DNA of 64,000 nt from Opitutales bacterium (lineage in GTDB: Bacteria > Verrucomicrobiota > Verrucomicrobiia > Opitutales > JABSRG01): NCBI GenBank assembly GCA_049599475.1, contig JBMYOQ010000007.1:32001-96000 (forward strand), given 5' to 3'. A program made the translations under genes and the position numbers. The notes beneath the pieces are model-generated. The model had not been told where the DNA came from. It did not search any database and saw only the letters and a program-made list of their open reading frames with translations. Positions 47,181 to 57,179 of this stretch are shown here, piece by piece (position 1 is the stretch's first letter; every line of letters starts with the position of its first letter).

Positions 47181-49265
47181 TTAACTGACCGGCATCGGGG
47201 GTCTTGTGAGCTTTTCGGCGATTTCTTCGCGCTCAGATTCTTCGATATCTCCCAGGATGTCCATGATCGTAATGATGCCGACAGTCTTCGAATCCTCGGT
47301 GACCATCACTTTGTTGGCCCCCTCGCGTACCATGATTTCGAGGGCTAGGCTCACCTCGGACATGGGGTGAACCTGTGGTACATCGCGCAGGTTTAGCGCG
47401 CTCAGATCAGAAGTCTGTGTGACGCCTTTTTGCTTGATGTAGTCGTAGAAATCGTCGCGACGGAAGACGCCTAGAAGTTTCTCAGTCTCCGGCTCGGTTA
47501 CGGGATAAATAGTGTGGCGGGTTTCTTTGAAAATCGAGAGGGTCTGCGCCACGGTAGTATTGCTCGGGATCGAGCTGACCTTTGGAATCATCTGCTCGGA
47601 AACAGGACTGCTCAGGAGGCTGTCGGGCAGCTGCTCGAACATCGATTGCAGATCCTCGGTAGTGCGATATTGCTGGGCTGAGCGCTTAAGTAGGCGTTGG
47701 AAATAGGTAGAGGTGCCCATGACTGCCTTGAACTCTCCACTGCTCAGGGCAATGAGGGTTGTCGCTTGTTTGGCTACAGCCTGGAAGCGCCAAGTGTCGT
47801 CTTCGAAAAGGGCACGTTCACCGAAGAATTCTCCTGCGCGGATCGTCTTGATCAGCTCGTCGCCATCGACGATGTCAATGCGTCCTGTCTTAACGACGTA
47901 GAAGGAGAATGCTGGTTCGCCCGGGTTGAATAGAATATTGCCTTCTTCGAGATAGACTTCTTGAAGCGAGCGGGTGTAGCGCGGACTGATTACATTTATG
48001 TCGCGCGGGAAAAATAAGTCCAAGGTCCAGTCGATCATGACCCGTAGCTTTCGGTCGACACCTGGCAATTTGCTAAGGTAGATACTCCGCCACATGAACC
48101 AGGCGATAAATCCTGAGAAATTGATGCCCATCACACTCGCCACGGCTGTCCGGTGACCAATCGCAGCCAATTCTCCAAGTCCGGTGAATTTGAAAGGCTT
48201 CGGCTTCTTGTCCCGTTGTAGGGCTACAAGGTTCTTTCCGAGTAAAACGCCCTGACGCATCGCGAACTGAGCGGTGGGCGCACAGGTTTCTTCCGATTTC
48301 CACAAGGGTACTGCGGCGCAGTCCCCGGCAGCATACACATAATCGGTGCCGACCACCTTCATGGTGTTGTCGGTCTCGATACGGCCACGGAAATTTTTAA
48401 TATCAAATTTGTCGCACAGGTCGCGGATCACGGAGTGAGGTGCAGTACCAACCGTCGATACGACACAGTGGCTCTCAATGATATCTCCATTATCCAGATA
48501 CACCTGTTTGGAGGTCAGCGCTTTCACGCGTCGGTTCAGAAGGATATCGAGGCCGCGTTGCCGCAGCATCTTTTCCGCATAGCGGCCCAACTTCTCTGAA
48601 AGGGTCGGCAAAAGGACGTCCCGACTGTGTATCAAGACAACTCTAAATTCATCCTCCGAAATGTTTGTATAGAATTTGGTGATACCATGAAACAAGTCTA
48701 CGATCTGTCCCGCTGTTTCGACCCCTGAATATCCCCCGCCAACGACGACAAAGGTAAGCAGGCGTTTTTTGATCTCCGGATCTGTCTGGATGTTTGCCTC
48801 TTCAAAACGCCCAATGATGGTGGCGCGCAGTTTCATAGCATCACCCACGTTTTGCATCAAAAAGGCGTGTTCGGGCATGCCGGGCACGCGGCTCAGGTCG
48901 ATTTCTGCGCCGAGCGCTAGGACAAGGCGTTTAAATTTTAGGCTCACCTTGGGCGAGAAGCTACCTGCGTTGAGCAGGACTTCCTTTTTCTCGTAATCGA
49001 TTTCCTTAACGCGACCTTTGAAAACACTCACTCCGCGGCAGAAGGTCCTCAGTGGATTGACCACAGCATTCGATGCCAGGGCCGATCCCGCGACCTCCGG
49101 TAGCATCGGCTGGAAGACGAGATAATTGTCTTCAGAAATGAGCGCCGTAGTCTTGGCCTCTTCAGGCGGGAGCATCTGACCAATGGTCTTAGCGCAGTAT
49201 GCACCCGCGAACCCGCCCCCCAGGATTACGGTGTCCATAGTAATCGTCTTAGTCGAATCGCTCAT
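47181..49265 (-). CDS. Type II NADH dehydrogenase-like flavoprotein fused to cNMP-binding and CBS domains
   Basis: ILGGGFAG, VVGGGYSGVETAG, AAGDCA, PTAQFAMRQG; GEFFGERAL cNMP motif; two CBS-like repeats ending VGIITIMDIL. Confidence 0.9.
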   Translation of the reverse strand: MSDSTKTITMDTVILGGGFAGAYCAKTIGQMLPPEEAKTTALISEDNYLVFQPMLPEVAGSALASNAVVNPLRTFCRGVSVFKGRVKEIDYEKKEVLLNAGSFSPKVSLKFKRLVLALGAEIDLSRVPGMPEHAFLMQNVGDAMKLRATIIGRFEEANIQTDPEIKKRLLTFVVVGGGYSGVETAGQIVDLFHGITKFYTNISEDEFRVVLIHSRDVLLPTLSEKLGRYAEKMLRQRGLDILLNRRVKALTSKQVYLDNGDIIESHCVVSTVGTAPHSVIRDLCDKFDIKNFRGRIETDNTMKVVGTDYVYAAGDCAAVPLWKSEETCAPTAQFAMRQGVLLGKNLVALQRDKKPKPFKFTGLGELAAIGHRTAVASVMGINFSGFIAWFMWRSIYLSKLPGVDRKLRVMIDWTLDLFFPRDINVISPRYTRSLQEVYLEEGNILFNPGEPAFSFYVVKTGRIDIVDGDELIKTIRAGEFFGERALFEDDTWRFQAVAKQATTLIALSSGEFKAVMGTSTYFQRLLKRSAQQYRTTEDLQSMFEQLPDSLLSSPVSEQMIPKVSSIPSNTTVAQTLSIFKETRHTIYPVTEPETEKLLGVFRRDDFYDYIKQKGVTQTSDLSALNLRDVPQVHPMSEVSLALEIMVREGANKVMVTEDSKTVGIITIMDILGDIEESEREEIAEKLTRPPMPVS

Positions 49266-49380
49266 AGTAGTTTGTATTTGCAGAATGGTGTCGTCGAAAC
49301 GCCGGGAAATCTCAGCAGATAAAGGCCCAAAGGCTGGGCATCCAGGATATAAGTGCGATTAATGAGAATAATTTCGCATC

Positions 49381-50232
49381 TTATGATACTTTGTATTTCG
49401 CCAGGTCATGAATGATCTTATTCTTGGCTTCTGTAACGTCGCCGATGATGGAAAATAGGTCGGTGTCTTCCGGTGAAATGACTCCCCATTTTTTGAATTT
49501 GTCAAAGTCGATTAAGTCATTCCAGAAGTCCGAACCGTAGAGGATGATCGGTAGCTTCTTGGTGATCTTCTGAGTCTGTATGAGGGTGAGTACCTCGAAG
49601 AGTTCGTCCATAGTTCCAAATCCTCCGGGGAAGACGACGATCGCCTTAGCCGGGTAGAGGAACCAATACTTGCGGACGAAAAAGTAATGGAATTCGAAAT
49701 TCAGCTCTTGGGGGATATAGGCATTATTGGATGCTTCGAAGGGTAGGGAAATGCCGAGGCCGATGGAGCGCCCGCCCGCTTCGTGGGCACCGCGATTGGC
49801 GGCTTCCATAATGCCAGGTCCGCCACCGGAGCATACGTAGTAGCGGTCTTTGGGCTCGTGGGCTTCTTGACTCCATTGGGTGAGTTGTTTCGAGAGCTCG
49901 CGTGCGTCTTCGTAGTAACGAGACACTTTCAGCTGTCCCTCTAGAAACGCTTTCTCTTCAGAAAGGTCGGAGTCGCCTCCCTCCTTTTCCAGAGTCTCGA
50001 GTTTTTCTTCGATGGTCGCGATGGGCTGGATCCGTGCCGAACCGAAGAAGACGATGCTATTGTTTACCGACTGGTTTTTGAATCGGTAGTAGGGCTCGAG
50101 TAACTCGCATTGGACGCGGATATGGCGAGCGGCTGTGCTGTTCAGAAAATCTGCGTTGCGGTAGGCTTTAGGTGGTTTGCTCCCAGAGGAATCTGAGATG
50201 CCGAAGGGTTCAGAGCTAGAGTAATTATCCAT
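49381..50232 (-). CDS. LOG family protein (TIGR00730-like nucleotide phosphoribohydrolase)
   Basis: FFGSAR, SGGGPGIMEAANRGA, FHYFFVRK, FPGGFGTMDELFE. Confidence 0.92.
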   Translation of the reverse strand: MDNYSSSEPFGISDSSGSKPPKAYRNADFLNSTAARHIRVQCELLEPYYRFKNQSVNNSIVFFGSARIQPIATIEEKLETLEKEGGDSDLSEEKAFLEGQLKVSRYYEDARELSKQLTQWSQEAHEPKDRYYVCSGGGPGIMEAANRGAHEAGGRSIGLGISLPFEASNNAYIPQELNFEFHYFFVRKYWFLYPAKAIVVFPGGFGTMDELFEVLTLIQTQKITKKLPIILYGSDFWNDLIDFDKFKKWGVISPEDTDLFSIIGDVTEAKNKIIHDLAKYKVS

Positions 50233-50274
50233 AGCTCCAAATGTCGGCAGAATACCGCCTAAATTGAATTGGTG

Positions 50275-51177
50275 CTATTTCGCAACTTTCTCAAGCTCAG
50301 CAAAATAGAGACTCGCCAATGCTTGAGTGCCTTTCATCGCATAGCCCGACTCTGCGAGGGCTTCATATTGGGAAAGAGAGAGCTCTAAACCTGGGAGATG
50401 TAGGCCCATATCCTGCGCGCTCGATAGAGCAATACGCATGTCCTTGATAAAGTGATGAACGAAGAAGCCTGCCTCGAGATCGTCCTTCAGAATGCGCGGT
50501 GCAAGGTTGTCCATGCTCCAGCTCCCGGCAGCGCCTTTTGAAATGCTCTTAAGGACTGTCTCGGGATCGAGCTTGGCAGATTTTGCAAAAGTGAGCGCCT
50601 CGACCATTCCCAGCATTCCGCCACCGATGGCGATTTGATTGCACATCTTGGTGTTTTGGCCTGCGCCTGCGGGACCTTGGTAGACGATGTTGGCGCCCAT
50701 TTTTTCAAAGAGCGGCAGGGTCTTTTCAAAAGATGGTGCCTCGCCTCCGACCATGATGGACAGCTTGCCATTGCGCGCTCCGAGGTCGCCGCCAGATACC
50801 GGGGCATCGAGCACGCTGACTCCCTTTGCCGCCCCAACTTCGGCAATTTTCTTAGCAAGTGCCGGGGACGATGTGGTCATATCTACCGCGATGGCTCCGC
50901 TCTCAAGGGCATCGATGATTCCTGGCTGGCTCAGGTAGACGGATTCAACATCAGTCGGGTCCCCGACGATGGTAAACACGAAATCAGCACCTTTGGCAGC
51001 TTCAGCGGGACTGTCTTTCCAAACTGCGCCTTTTTGAATCAAATTCTCGGCCTTGCTCGACGTGCGTGTAAACACCGCCATCTGGCAACCTGCATCCAGT
51101 AGATGTCCGGCCATTGAGTTTCCCATTACGCCGAGTCCAATGAAGGCGACGCGTGTTTCGCTAAAATCGATGCTCAT
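50275..51177 (-). CDS. Beta-hydroxyacid dehydrogenase (3-hydroxyisobutyrate dehydrogenase family)
   Basis: FIGLGVMG, DAPVSGGD.GA, GAGQNTKMCNQ, HFIKDM. Confidence 0.92.
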   Translation of the reverse strand: MSIDFSETRVAFIGLGVMGNSMAGHLLDAGCQMAVFTRTSSKAENLIQKGAVWKDSPAEAAKGADFVFTIVGDPTDVESVYLSQPGIIDALESGAIAVDMTTSSPALAKKIAEVGAAKGVSVLDAPVSGGDLGARNGKLSIMVGGEAPSFEKTLPLFEKMGANIVYQGPAGAGQNTKMCNQIAIGGGMLGMVEALTFAKSAKLDPETVLKSISKGAAGSWSMDNLAPRILKDDLEAGFFVHHFIKDMRIALSSAQDMGLHLPGLELSLSQYEALAESGYAMKGTQALASLYFAELEKVAK

Positions 51178-51226
51178 AAAAACGAGTGAGCACGGATCAT
51201 TCGCGTTTGAAAGGAAGAAAGAGAAA

Positions 51227-51820
51227 TTAGTGAGAAATTGGGCTCGCGGCCGGGGCTGGGCTAAAGGTCCATTCCTTCAGGAGGTCTATTGGTGCACCGA
51301 GTTTGCATGCTTGGGTCGCGCGGCCTATGGCCATGGTGCCCTGTAGGGTATTATTCCAAAGCTCGGCGAGGGTTTTAGCATCGTAATCTGCGGAAATCTC
51401 GCCGGCTTGTTGAGCTGCTTCAATGATATCTTGAATGCCCTGTGCAGAAGCGATGATGAAAGTTTTTAGCTCTTCGCGGACATCTTCGGGGAGTCCGTGG
51501 AATTCTCCAGACATGGCTCCGCAGATGCAAATTTTACTACATCCTAGGGTGCCATCGAAAATGTCCAAAAGTGCCTCAAATTGGGCTTTGGGACTGTCGT
51601 GATTGGCCTTTACCTCGGCAATCAAATTTTCAAAGCAGGCACGGTAGCTCTGGATTAAGGCGATGCCCAGATGTGCCTTGGTGGGAAAGTGGTAGTGAAT
51701 GCTCGCCGTTGTAATGCCCACAGCCGCGCTCAAATCGTGAAAGCTAAAGCCTTGATACCCTTTCTCCTGAACGAGGGTCTGGGCGACTTCGAGAAGCTTG
51801 TCTTTGTTTTTGGAAGGCAT
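51227..51820 (-). CDS. TetR/AcrR family regulator (NemR-like)
   Basis: GYQGFSFHDLS..VGITTASIHYHFPTK HTH; CSKICIC in the C-terminal domain. Confidence 0.92.
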   Translation of the reverse strand: MPSKNKDKLLEVAQTLVQEKGYQGFSFHDLSAAVGITTASIHYHFPTKAHLGIALIQSYRACFENLIAEVKANHDSPKAQFEALLDIFDGTLGCSKICICGAMSGEFHGLPEDVREELKTFIIASAQGIQDIIEAAQQAGEISADYDAKTLAELWNNTLQGTMAIGRATQACKLGAPIDLLKEWTFSPAPAASPISH

Positions 51821-51842
51821 GAATGGCTTGGATTAGGATATA

Positions 51843-52673
51843 TTAGGCGGATGTTGCGGCTTCGACTTTATCATTAGATCCCGCTGGCTCGCTTTCCTTC
51901 CCGGCAATTTTCTGAAGAATCTGAGCTGCGGCCATAAATCCCATAGTCCCAGTGATTGCTGATAGGGTGCCGAAGCCGTTGTCGCAGTTGAGTCGGTAGT
52001 CTGCGCCTTTTTCCCGGCGTTCACAGACGGTGCCGTCCTCTTTTGGGTATTTCGGCTCTTCGGGAGTGAACACGCAGTCTACTTTGAAACGCCAGCGGCG
52101 CGCGCGTGGAAAGTCGTGTTTTTGGCGAAGCCGCTTACGAGTCAGGCTGAGTAGGGGGTCGTTAAAACTCTTGGAAAGGTCGACGATCTGAATCTGCCCG
52201 GGATCGGTGCGGCCTCCTGCGCCGCCCGAGGTGATGACAGGGATGCCCCGCTTTCGGCATTCGACGATCAAATGGCATTTGTGCGGGATGCTGTCTATCG
52301 CATCGAAAACGTAATCGAAGCCCGGCTCCAGAATCTGGTCTGAGGTGGATTCGGTGTAGAAGGATTCTTCTAGGTGGAGATCGATCACCGGATGGATGGC
52401 ACGGATGCGGTCACCCATGGCCTTTACTTTGGGCTGACCAATGGTGCCATCCATTGCATGGATCTGGCGATTGACGTTGGTGATGCATACTTCGTCGGCA
52501 TCCACAAGGGTCAGGTGGCCTATCCCAGAGCGGGCCAAGGCCTCCGCAGCCCAGGTGCCTACGCCACCGATGCCGATCACGCACACCCGCGCAGACGCAA
52601 TGCGCTCAAAGCCTTGCATACCATACAGGCGCTGTATGCCACCGAATCGGAAATGGGTCTCGTTCTCTGTCAC
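51843..52673 (-). CDS. tcdA: tRNA threonylcarbamoyladenosine dehydratase
   Basis: RFGGIQRLYG, GIGGVGTWAAEALARSG, TNVNRQIHA, DAID, GGAGGRTDP, LNCDNGFG. Confidence 0.93.
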   Translation of the reverse strand: MTENETHFRFGGIQRLYGMQGFERIASARVCVIGIGGVGTWAAEALARSGIGHLTLVDADEVCITNVNRQIHAMDGTIGQPKVKAMGDRIRAIHPVIDLHLEESFYTESTSDQILEPGFDYVFDAIDSIPHKCHLIVECRKRGIPVITSGGAGGRTDPGQIQIVDLSKSFNDPLLSLTRKRLRQKHDFPRARRWRFKVDCVFTPEEPKYPKEDGTVCERREKGADYRLNCDNGFGTLSAITGTMGFMAAAQILQKIAGKESEPAGSNDKVEAATSA

Positions 52674-52698
52674 TTGGGTTTTGGTTTCATTCGATTTG

Positions 52699-52767
52699 TC
52701 CGCAGATTACGCAGATTACATGGATTCTAAAAAGGAAAAATCTGCGTCCATCTGCATAATCTGCGGA
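52699..52767. repeat. Nonamer-based palindromic element (CGCAGATTA units)
   Basis: TCCGCAGATTACGCAGATT...ATCTGCATAATCTGCGGA; 11-bp perfect terminal inverted repeat. Confidence 0.85.
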
Positions 52768-52857
52768 TAAATACCCATAGAGGGGGGGATATTTGATTCT
52801 TTTAATAGATTATACTTTACCTTGAGCGGCAAATCTGGCTTTTTCTTCCGCTTCATC

Positions 52858-53055
52858 ATGATCAAGACACGCAAATCCATCGCAAAGCGATTCAAGGTAA
52901 CTGGAACAGGCAAGCTCAAGCGCCGCAGCCCCGGTTTCCGTCACTTGTTGCGTAACAAGTCAACCAAGTCGCGTCGCCGCGCAGGTCAGGACAAGATCCT
53001 CCCTGAGAGCCACGCACAGGTGCTTCGTAACGCTATCAGCCCAGGACGCAAGTAA
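52858..53055 (+). CDS. rpmI: 50S ribosomal protein L35
   Basis: KTRKSIAKRFKVTGTGKL...HLL..KS. Confidence 0.96.
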   Translation: MIKTRKSIAKRFKVTGTGKLKRRSPGFRHLLRNKSTKSRRRAGQDKILPESHAQVLRNAISPGRK

Positions 53056-53145
53056 TCGCTGGTCATCAAGAGAAACTAAACGCACTGGGTAAAACGAACA
53101 GGCGACCCAGCCGTTTCATTAATCATACTAGAAAGAGAGTAAAAC

Positions 53146-53517
53146 ATGCCTAGAGCTACTAATGGACCCGCGACGCTGAAGCGCCGCAAACGCACGGTCA
53201 AACAAGCCAGCGGACAGTTCGGCAACGCAAGCCGCCTTTACCGCTACGCACGTCAAGCAGTCACACGCGCTGGACAGTTCGCATACCGCGACCGCCGCAA
53301 GAAGAAGACTGAAATGCGTCAGTTGTGGATCGTCCGCATCAACGCAGCATGCCGCGAAGAAGGCATCAGCTACAGCCGCCTTATCAATGGCCTCAAGCTC
53401 GCTAGCATCGAGTTGAACCGCAAGGTTCTCTCAGAGATCGCTATCCACGAGCCAGAGCAATTCAAGGCACTTTGCGAAAAGGCAAAAGCTGCTTTGGAAG
53501 CAAAGACCGCTGCTTAA
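53146..53517 (+). CDS. rplT: 50S ribosomal protein L20
   Basis: AYRDRRKKK..RQLWIVRINAA, YSRLINGLK, LNRKVLSEIA. Confidence 0.98.
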   Translation: MPRATNGPATLKRRKRTVKQASGQFGNASRLYRYARQAVTRAGQFAYRDRRKKKTEMRQLWIVRINAACREEGISYSRLINGLKLASIELNRKVLSEIAIHEPEQFKALCEKAKAALEAKTAA

Positions 53518-53542
53518 TCGACTGATCTAAGCCAAAAATTTC

Positions 53543-53576
53543 AAAGCCCGCATCTTTCGAGATAGCGGGCTTTTTT
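53543..53576 (+). terminator. Rho-independent terminator of rpmI-rplT
   Basis: AAAGCCCGC-atctttcgagata-GCGGGCTTTTTT. Confidence 0.88.
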
Positions 53577-53604
53577 GTGTCTGAATAACTGGGTGGCTTT
53601 TTAA

Positions 53605-53680
53605 ACCACAGATTACATTGATGGCACAGATTGAGTAGCTTCTCTAAAACCGTATCCGTGTTTTCTGTGAAATCTGTGGT
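53605..53680. repeat. Second nonamer-based palindromic element (CACAGATT units)
   Basis: ACCACAGATT...GCACAGATT / ATCCGTG...AATCTGTGGT; 10-bp terminal inverted repeat. Confidence 0.8.
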
Positions 53681-53694
53681 CAGCCAAGATAATC

Positions 53695-54057
53695 TTAAGC
53701 AAAGGGCTTATAGATGCCGGCGAAGGAAGCGACACCTCCCAGGACGAGTAGGGTGAAGAACCAGACTTTGTTCATCTCGGGCTTCTTATTGATCAATGCG
53801 ACCATTCCTCCAAAAATGACCCAAACGACGACCTTGATGATCATCCAGATGGAAGCGTAGCTATATCCCATTTTGGCCATCATTCCGAATCCGCCTAGTA
53901 GGACCAGGAACAGTCCGATGCCACTGACTATCGCCCCGAATTTACGAAGAGCTTTGTCGTCGCTTCCCAGCGCTGCGCGAAAGATGAGACCACCGTAGCT
54001 GATGTAGATCGCGAAGATACCAATAAAGTGCAAGAGTTTGTAGAAAGGATAAGGCAT
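53695..54057 (-). CDS. Small 4-TM membrane protein (SirB2-like)
   Basis: YK.LH, GLFLVLLGGFG, W...K, C-terminal YKPF. Confidence 0.75.
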   Translation of the reverse strand: MPYPFYKLLHFIGIFAIYISYGGLIFRAALGSDDKALRKFGAIVSGIGLFLVLLGGFGMMAKMGYSYASIWMIIKVVVWVIFGGMVALINKKPEMNKVWFFTLLVLGGVASFAGIYKPFA

Positions 54058-54210
54058 AGCCGTGAACGATGGAGGGCTTGAAATTTTAGATCCAGATCAA
54101 TCTGCGAATTAGTCGAGAATTCTTATCTCGGTATGCAGCTCAAGTGCTTTCGGTTTCTCGATTGCTGATACCGATTGCCAAACACGATATCTTTTATTGA
54201 ATGGCGGTTT

Positions 54211-55974
54211 ATGGATGCCTTGGTCACCGCTCCCGCAATTGAGAAAATCGCCGTATTTAATGCCCGCAATTGGCTGGTGCTGCAGAGGCGTGTAGGCACA
54301 TCTGAGTGGGGACTGATCCCTTTGGATTTAGAGAAGGTGAGCATTGATCGAAAAGGGCGTTCTATTCTGGAAATTAGTGAATCGATCCGCTCAGTGGTCG
54401 CCCTAGTCCCAGGGACAACAATCGGGTTCGCCAGGCTGGAAGATCCTTCAGACGATCTGCCGACTGCAGATGGCTGGGAGTCTCGTTGTTTTACTTTCAG
54501 GGAGCTATGGTTGAAATCCGAGCCGGGTGACGAATACCACTATTTGAGAGAGTCTCTTGAGAGCATGCGCCCAGAGTTGGCTAAGGTGCCTTATTTGAAT
54601 TTCGGCCGTCATGATTTCATCTACCGTTTCCGATCCGACAAGGAGCGCAACAGCGCCGCGTACACGATCGACGAGGAGTCCGCGGCTTTGTACCAGAGCC
54701 GGATATGTGCGTTGATCAAGGCTGCAAAGCGACAAAAGGAGAATTCTGCAGGGAAGCCGGCGTTTATAGATTTTGGACCCCTTCAATATGTGATTCCAAG
54801 CCACTTCGGCTTTTGTTTAGGAGTCCAGAATGCGATCGAGCGTGCCTATGAAACGCTGGCAGCCAATCCTGGTAAGCGCGTCTTCATGTTGAGTGAATTA
54901 ATCCATAACCCGTTTGTGAACGAAGATCTTCAGAAACGAGGTTTACGTTACCTTCAATCAGATAAGGGCAAGCCTACGATCGATGCCGAGACGGGTCGTT
55001 TGGCTTGGGATACGCTTAGCTCGGATGATGTCGTGATTATTCCGGCATTTGGTGCGACTCGTGAGGACAAGGCGCGCCTGGTGGAGCATGGATTATCTAT
55101 TTCTGAAAATGATGCTACCTGCATGCTTGTTGAAAAAGTATGGAAGGCTGCGGCTCGCTTTGGGGAAGCCGGATATACCGTGGTGGTTCATGGAAAAGCA
55201 GAGCACGAAGAGACCAAAGCTACCTTTTCGCATGCGTCTCAGTGGGGGCCGTCTTTAACGATTCGCAACTTCGAAGAGGCGCTAGTACTTGAGAATATGA
55301 TACGCTCCAAAGTCGATGCAGAGAAGCGTTCGTTGCTGACATATTTTGCTGGGCGTCACTCTGTCGGTTTCGATCCAACGAAGGATTTGGAGAAAATCGC
55401 TTTTGTGAACCAAACGACCTTATTGCGCAACGAGACGCTCAAAATCATTGGGCACTTCCGAGATCTATTTACTGAGCTGTATGGCGCCGATGGCGCGGCT
55501 GAGCGTGTGAACGGTAAGGGGCAGGGAGACACGCTTTGCTACGCTACGCAGGTCAATCAAGATGCTTTGCACCTAGCTCTGGGTGGCGATGTTGACTTTG
55601 CTTTTGTCGTTGGAGGTAAGAATTCTTCCAATACATACCAGCTGTTTAGAGTGTGTGAGTCAAAGCTCGGAGAGGCTGCATACTTTATTCAAAACGAAAA
55701 AAATATCGGAGATACTGCGGTCCGCCATTATATTTTCCCTCAAGACCCTAAGGATAAAAAGCAGGGGGTTTATGTAGAGCGAGCATTCGACTTTGGAGCT
55801 AAAGTTCAGTCTCTCGGGCGCCCGTTGAAAGTATTGATAACCGGTGGGGCTTCGTGCCCAGATGGTATTATTCAGCAAGTAATCACCCGAATAAACGGTA
55901 TGCTGGCTTCCGACGGGCAGACGCTTCGCGCGGTTGATGAGGTCCTTGCTGATTTCGAAGAGACTGAAAGCTGA
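54211..55974 (+). CDS. ispH: 4-hydroxy-3-methylbut-2-enyl diphosphate reductase with long N-terminal extension
   Basis: FGFCLGV, ELIHNP, PAFG, DATC, HEET, NQTT, DTLCYATQ, VGGKNSSNT, GASCPD. Confidence 0.93.
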   Translation: MDALVTAPAIEKIAVFNARNWLVLQRRVGTSEWGLIPLDLEKVSIDRKGRSILEISESIRSVVALVPGTTIGFARLEDPSDDLPTADGWESRCFTFRELWLKSEPGDEYHYLRESLESMRPELAKVPYLNFGRHDFIYRFRSDKERNSAAYTIDEESAALYQSRICALIKAAKRQKENSAGKPAFIDFGPLQYVIPSHFGFCLGVQNAIERAYETLAANPGKRVFMLSELIHNPFVNEDLQKRGLRYLQSDKGKPTIDAETGRLAWDTLSSDDVVIIPAFGATREDKARLVEHGLSISENDATCMLVEKVWKAAARFGEAGYTVVVHGKAEHEETKATFSHASQWGPSLTIRNFEEALVLENMIRSKVDAEKRSLLTYFAGRHSVGFDPTKDLEKIAFVNQTTLLRNETLKIIGHFRDLFTELYGADGAAERVNGKGQGDTLCYATQVNQDALHLALGGDVDFAFVVGGKNSSNTYQLFRVCESKLGEAAYFIQNEKNIGDTAVRHYIFPQDPKDKKQGVYVERAFDFGAKVQSLGRPLKVLITGGASCPDGIIQQVITRINGMLASDGQTLRAVDEVLADFEETES

Positions 55975-56081
55975 GCTTTTGACATCAAAAAAGGTGAAAA
56001 TATCGCAAATTGGTCCGATATCCAGGGTGCGCTTCAACTTGGAGCTTCACACGAGGAAATAGTCTCTTTTTGTCTTTAAGT

Positions 56082-57179
56082 ATGTCCCCAATCGAACTCT
56101 TCGATCAGATCCTTACCCTTGCAGTAGAAAACAAGGCGAGTGATATTCATATAAAGACGGGCAAGCCCGCTTTTTTTCGCCTACATGGCCGACTTGAATC
56201 AGTGGAAATGGAGGAGCTGTCTGCCGATGCGATTCGCGAGTTCGTCGACAATACGGTCCCCAATCAATTTGCTGACGATTGGAAGTTGAACGCTCAAGTG
56301 GACTATTCTTACAAGGTGGAAGGGTGTGGTCGTTTCCGTGTAAACGCCTTTCACCAACGTTCTACGCCGAGTATCGTTTTTCGGCATGTGAATGATAAGC
56401 CGCCAACATTTGAGGACTTGAACCATAAGCCCGAGGTCTTCGAATCTCTGTGCAACGAGAAAAATGGGATTGTTCTGCTCTGCGGTGCGACGGGCTCTGG
56501 TAAAAGTTCCACGCTCGCCGCCATGTTGGACTATATCAACCATAAGTATGATAAGCACATAGTCACTTTGGAGGACCCTATCGAGTTTACCTACACGGAT
56601 GACCGGTCTGTATTCAACCAGCGTGAAATCGGGATTGATACGCCGAGCTTTGAAATGGGAATGAAGGCAGTCCTGCGCCAGGACCCAGATATTATTCTGG
56701 TAGGTGAGATGCGGGATAAAAGTACGTTTGAGACCGCGATTAAAGCTGCTGAAACGGGGCACTTGGTCCTGGGGACCCTGCACGCGTCTAATTCGCAACA
56801 GGCCGTCCAGCGTCTCTTTGAATTTTTCACTCCTGAGCAAGTCTCAACAATGCGCCGCCAAATCGCGGGTGCGCTCCGGGCAACCATTTGTCAGCGGTTG
56901 GTGCCTGCTATTGAAGGAGGTCGAGTCCCCGCGACCGAATTCTTGGTGGTGGATTCCTTGGCGCGGCAAACCATCGAAGAAGGTGAGTTCCAGAAAATCG
57001 GAGCGGTCATTGATGCGGGGGAAGACAATGGATCAAAGACTTTTAATAAGGATCTGTATCGCCTGATAAAAGACGGGACGATCTCCAAGGCTGACGGGCT
57101 CAATTTCTCCGATAATCCTAAGCAGTTGGAGATGAACCTGAAGGGTATCTTCCTGAGCTCAGGCGGTATTGTCAGTTAG
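56082..57179 (+). CDS. PilT/PilU family type IV pilus retraction ATPase
   Basis: ASDIHI, RFRVNAF, GATGSGKSST, TLEDPIEF, LRQDPDIILVGEMRD, AAETGHLV.GTLH. Confidence 0.95.
   Translation: MSPIELFDQILTLAVENKASDIHIKTGKPAFFRLHGRLESVEMEELSADAIREFVDNTVPNQFADDWKLNAQVDYSYKVEGCGRFRVNAFHQRSTPSIVFRHVNDKPPTFEDLNHKPEVFESLCNEKNGIVLLCGATGSGKSSTLAAMLDYINHKYDKHIVTLEDPIEFTYTDDRSVFNQREIGIDTPSFEMGMKAVLRQDPDIILVGEMRDKSTFETAIKAAETGHLVLGTLHASNSQQAVQRLFEFFTPEQVSTMRRQIAGALRATICQRLVPAIEGGRVPATEFLVVDSLARQTIEEGEFQKIGAVIDAGEDNGSKTFNKDLYRLIKDGTISKADGLNFSDNPKQLEMNLKGIFLSSGGIVS

Noticed and set aside
53080..53115. L20 autoregulatory leader between rpmI and rplT (CTGGGT/ACCCAG stem)
   Set aside because: Only a 6-bp stem in an atypical position; it cannot be supported without covariation data
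28891..53680. Short repeats as CRISPR arrays
   Set aside because: They are isolated palindromes with no repeat-spacer periodicity, and there are no cas genes
56199..56840. 213-aa antisense ORF
   Set aside because: Shadow of the well-conserved PilT-family gene
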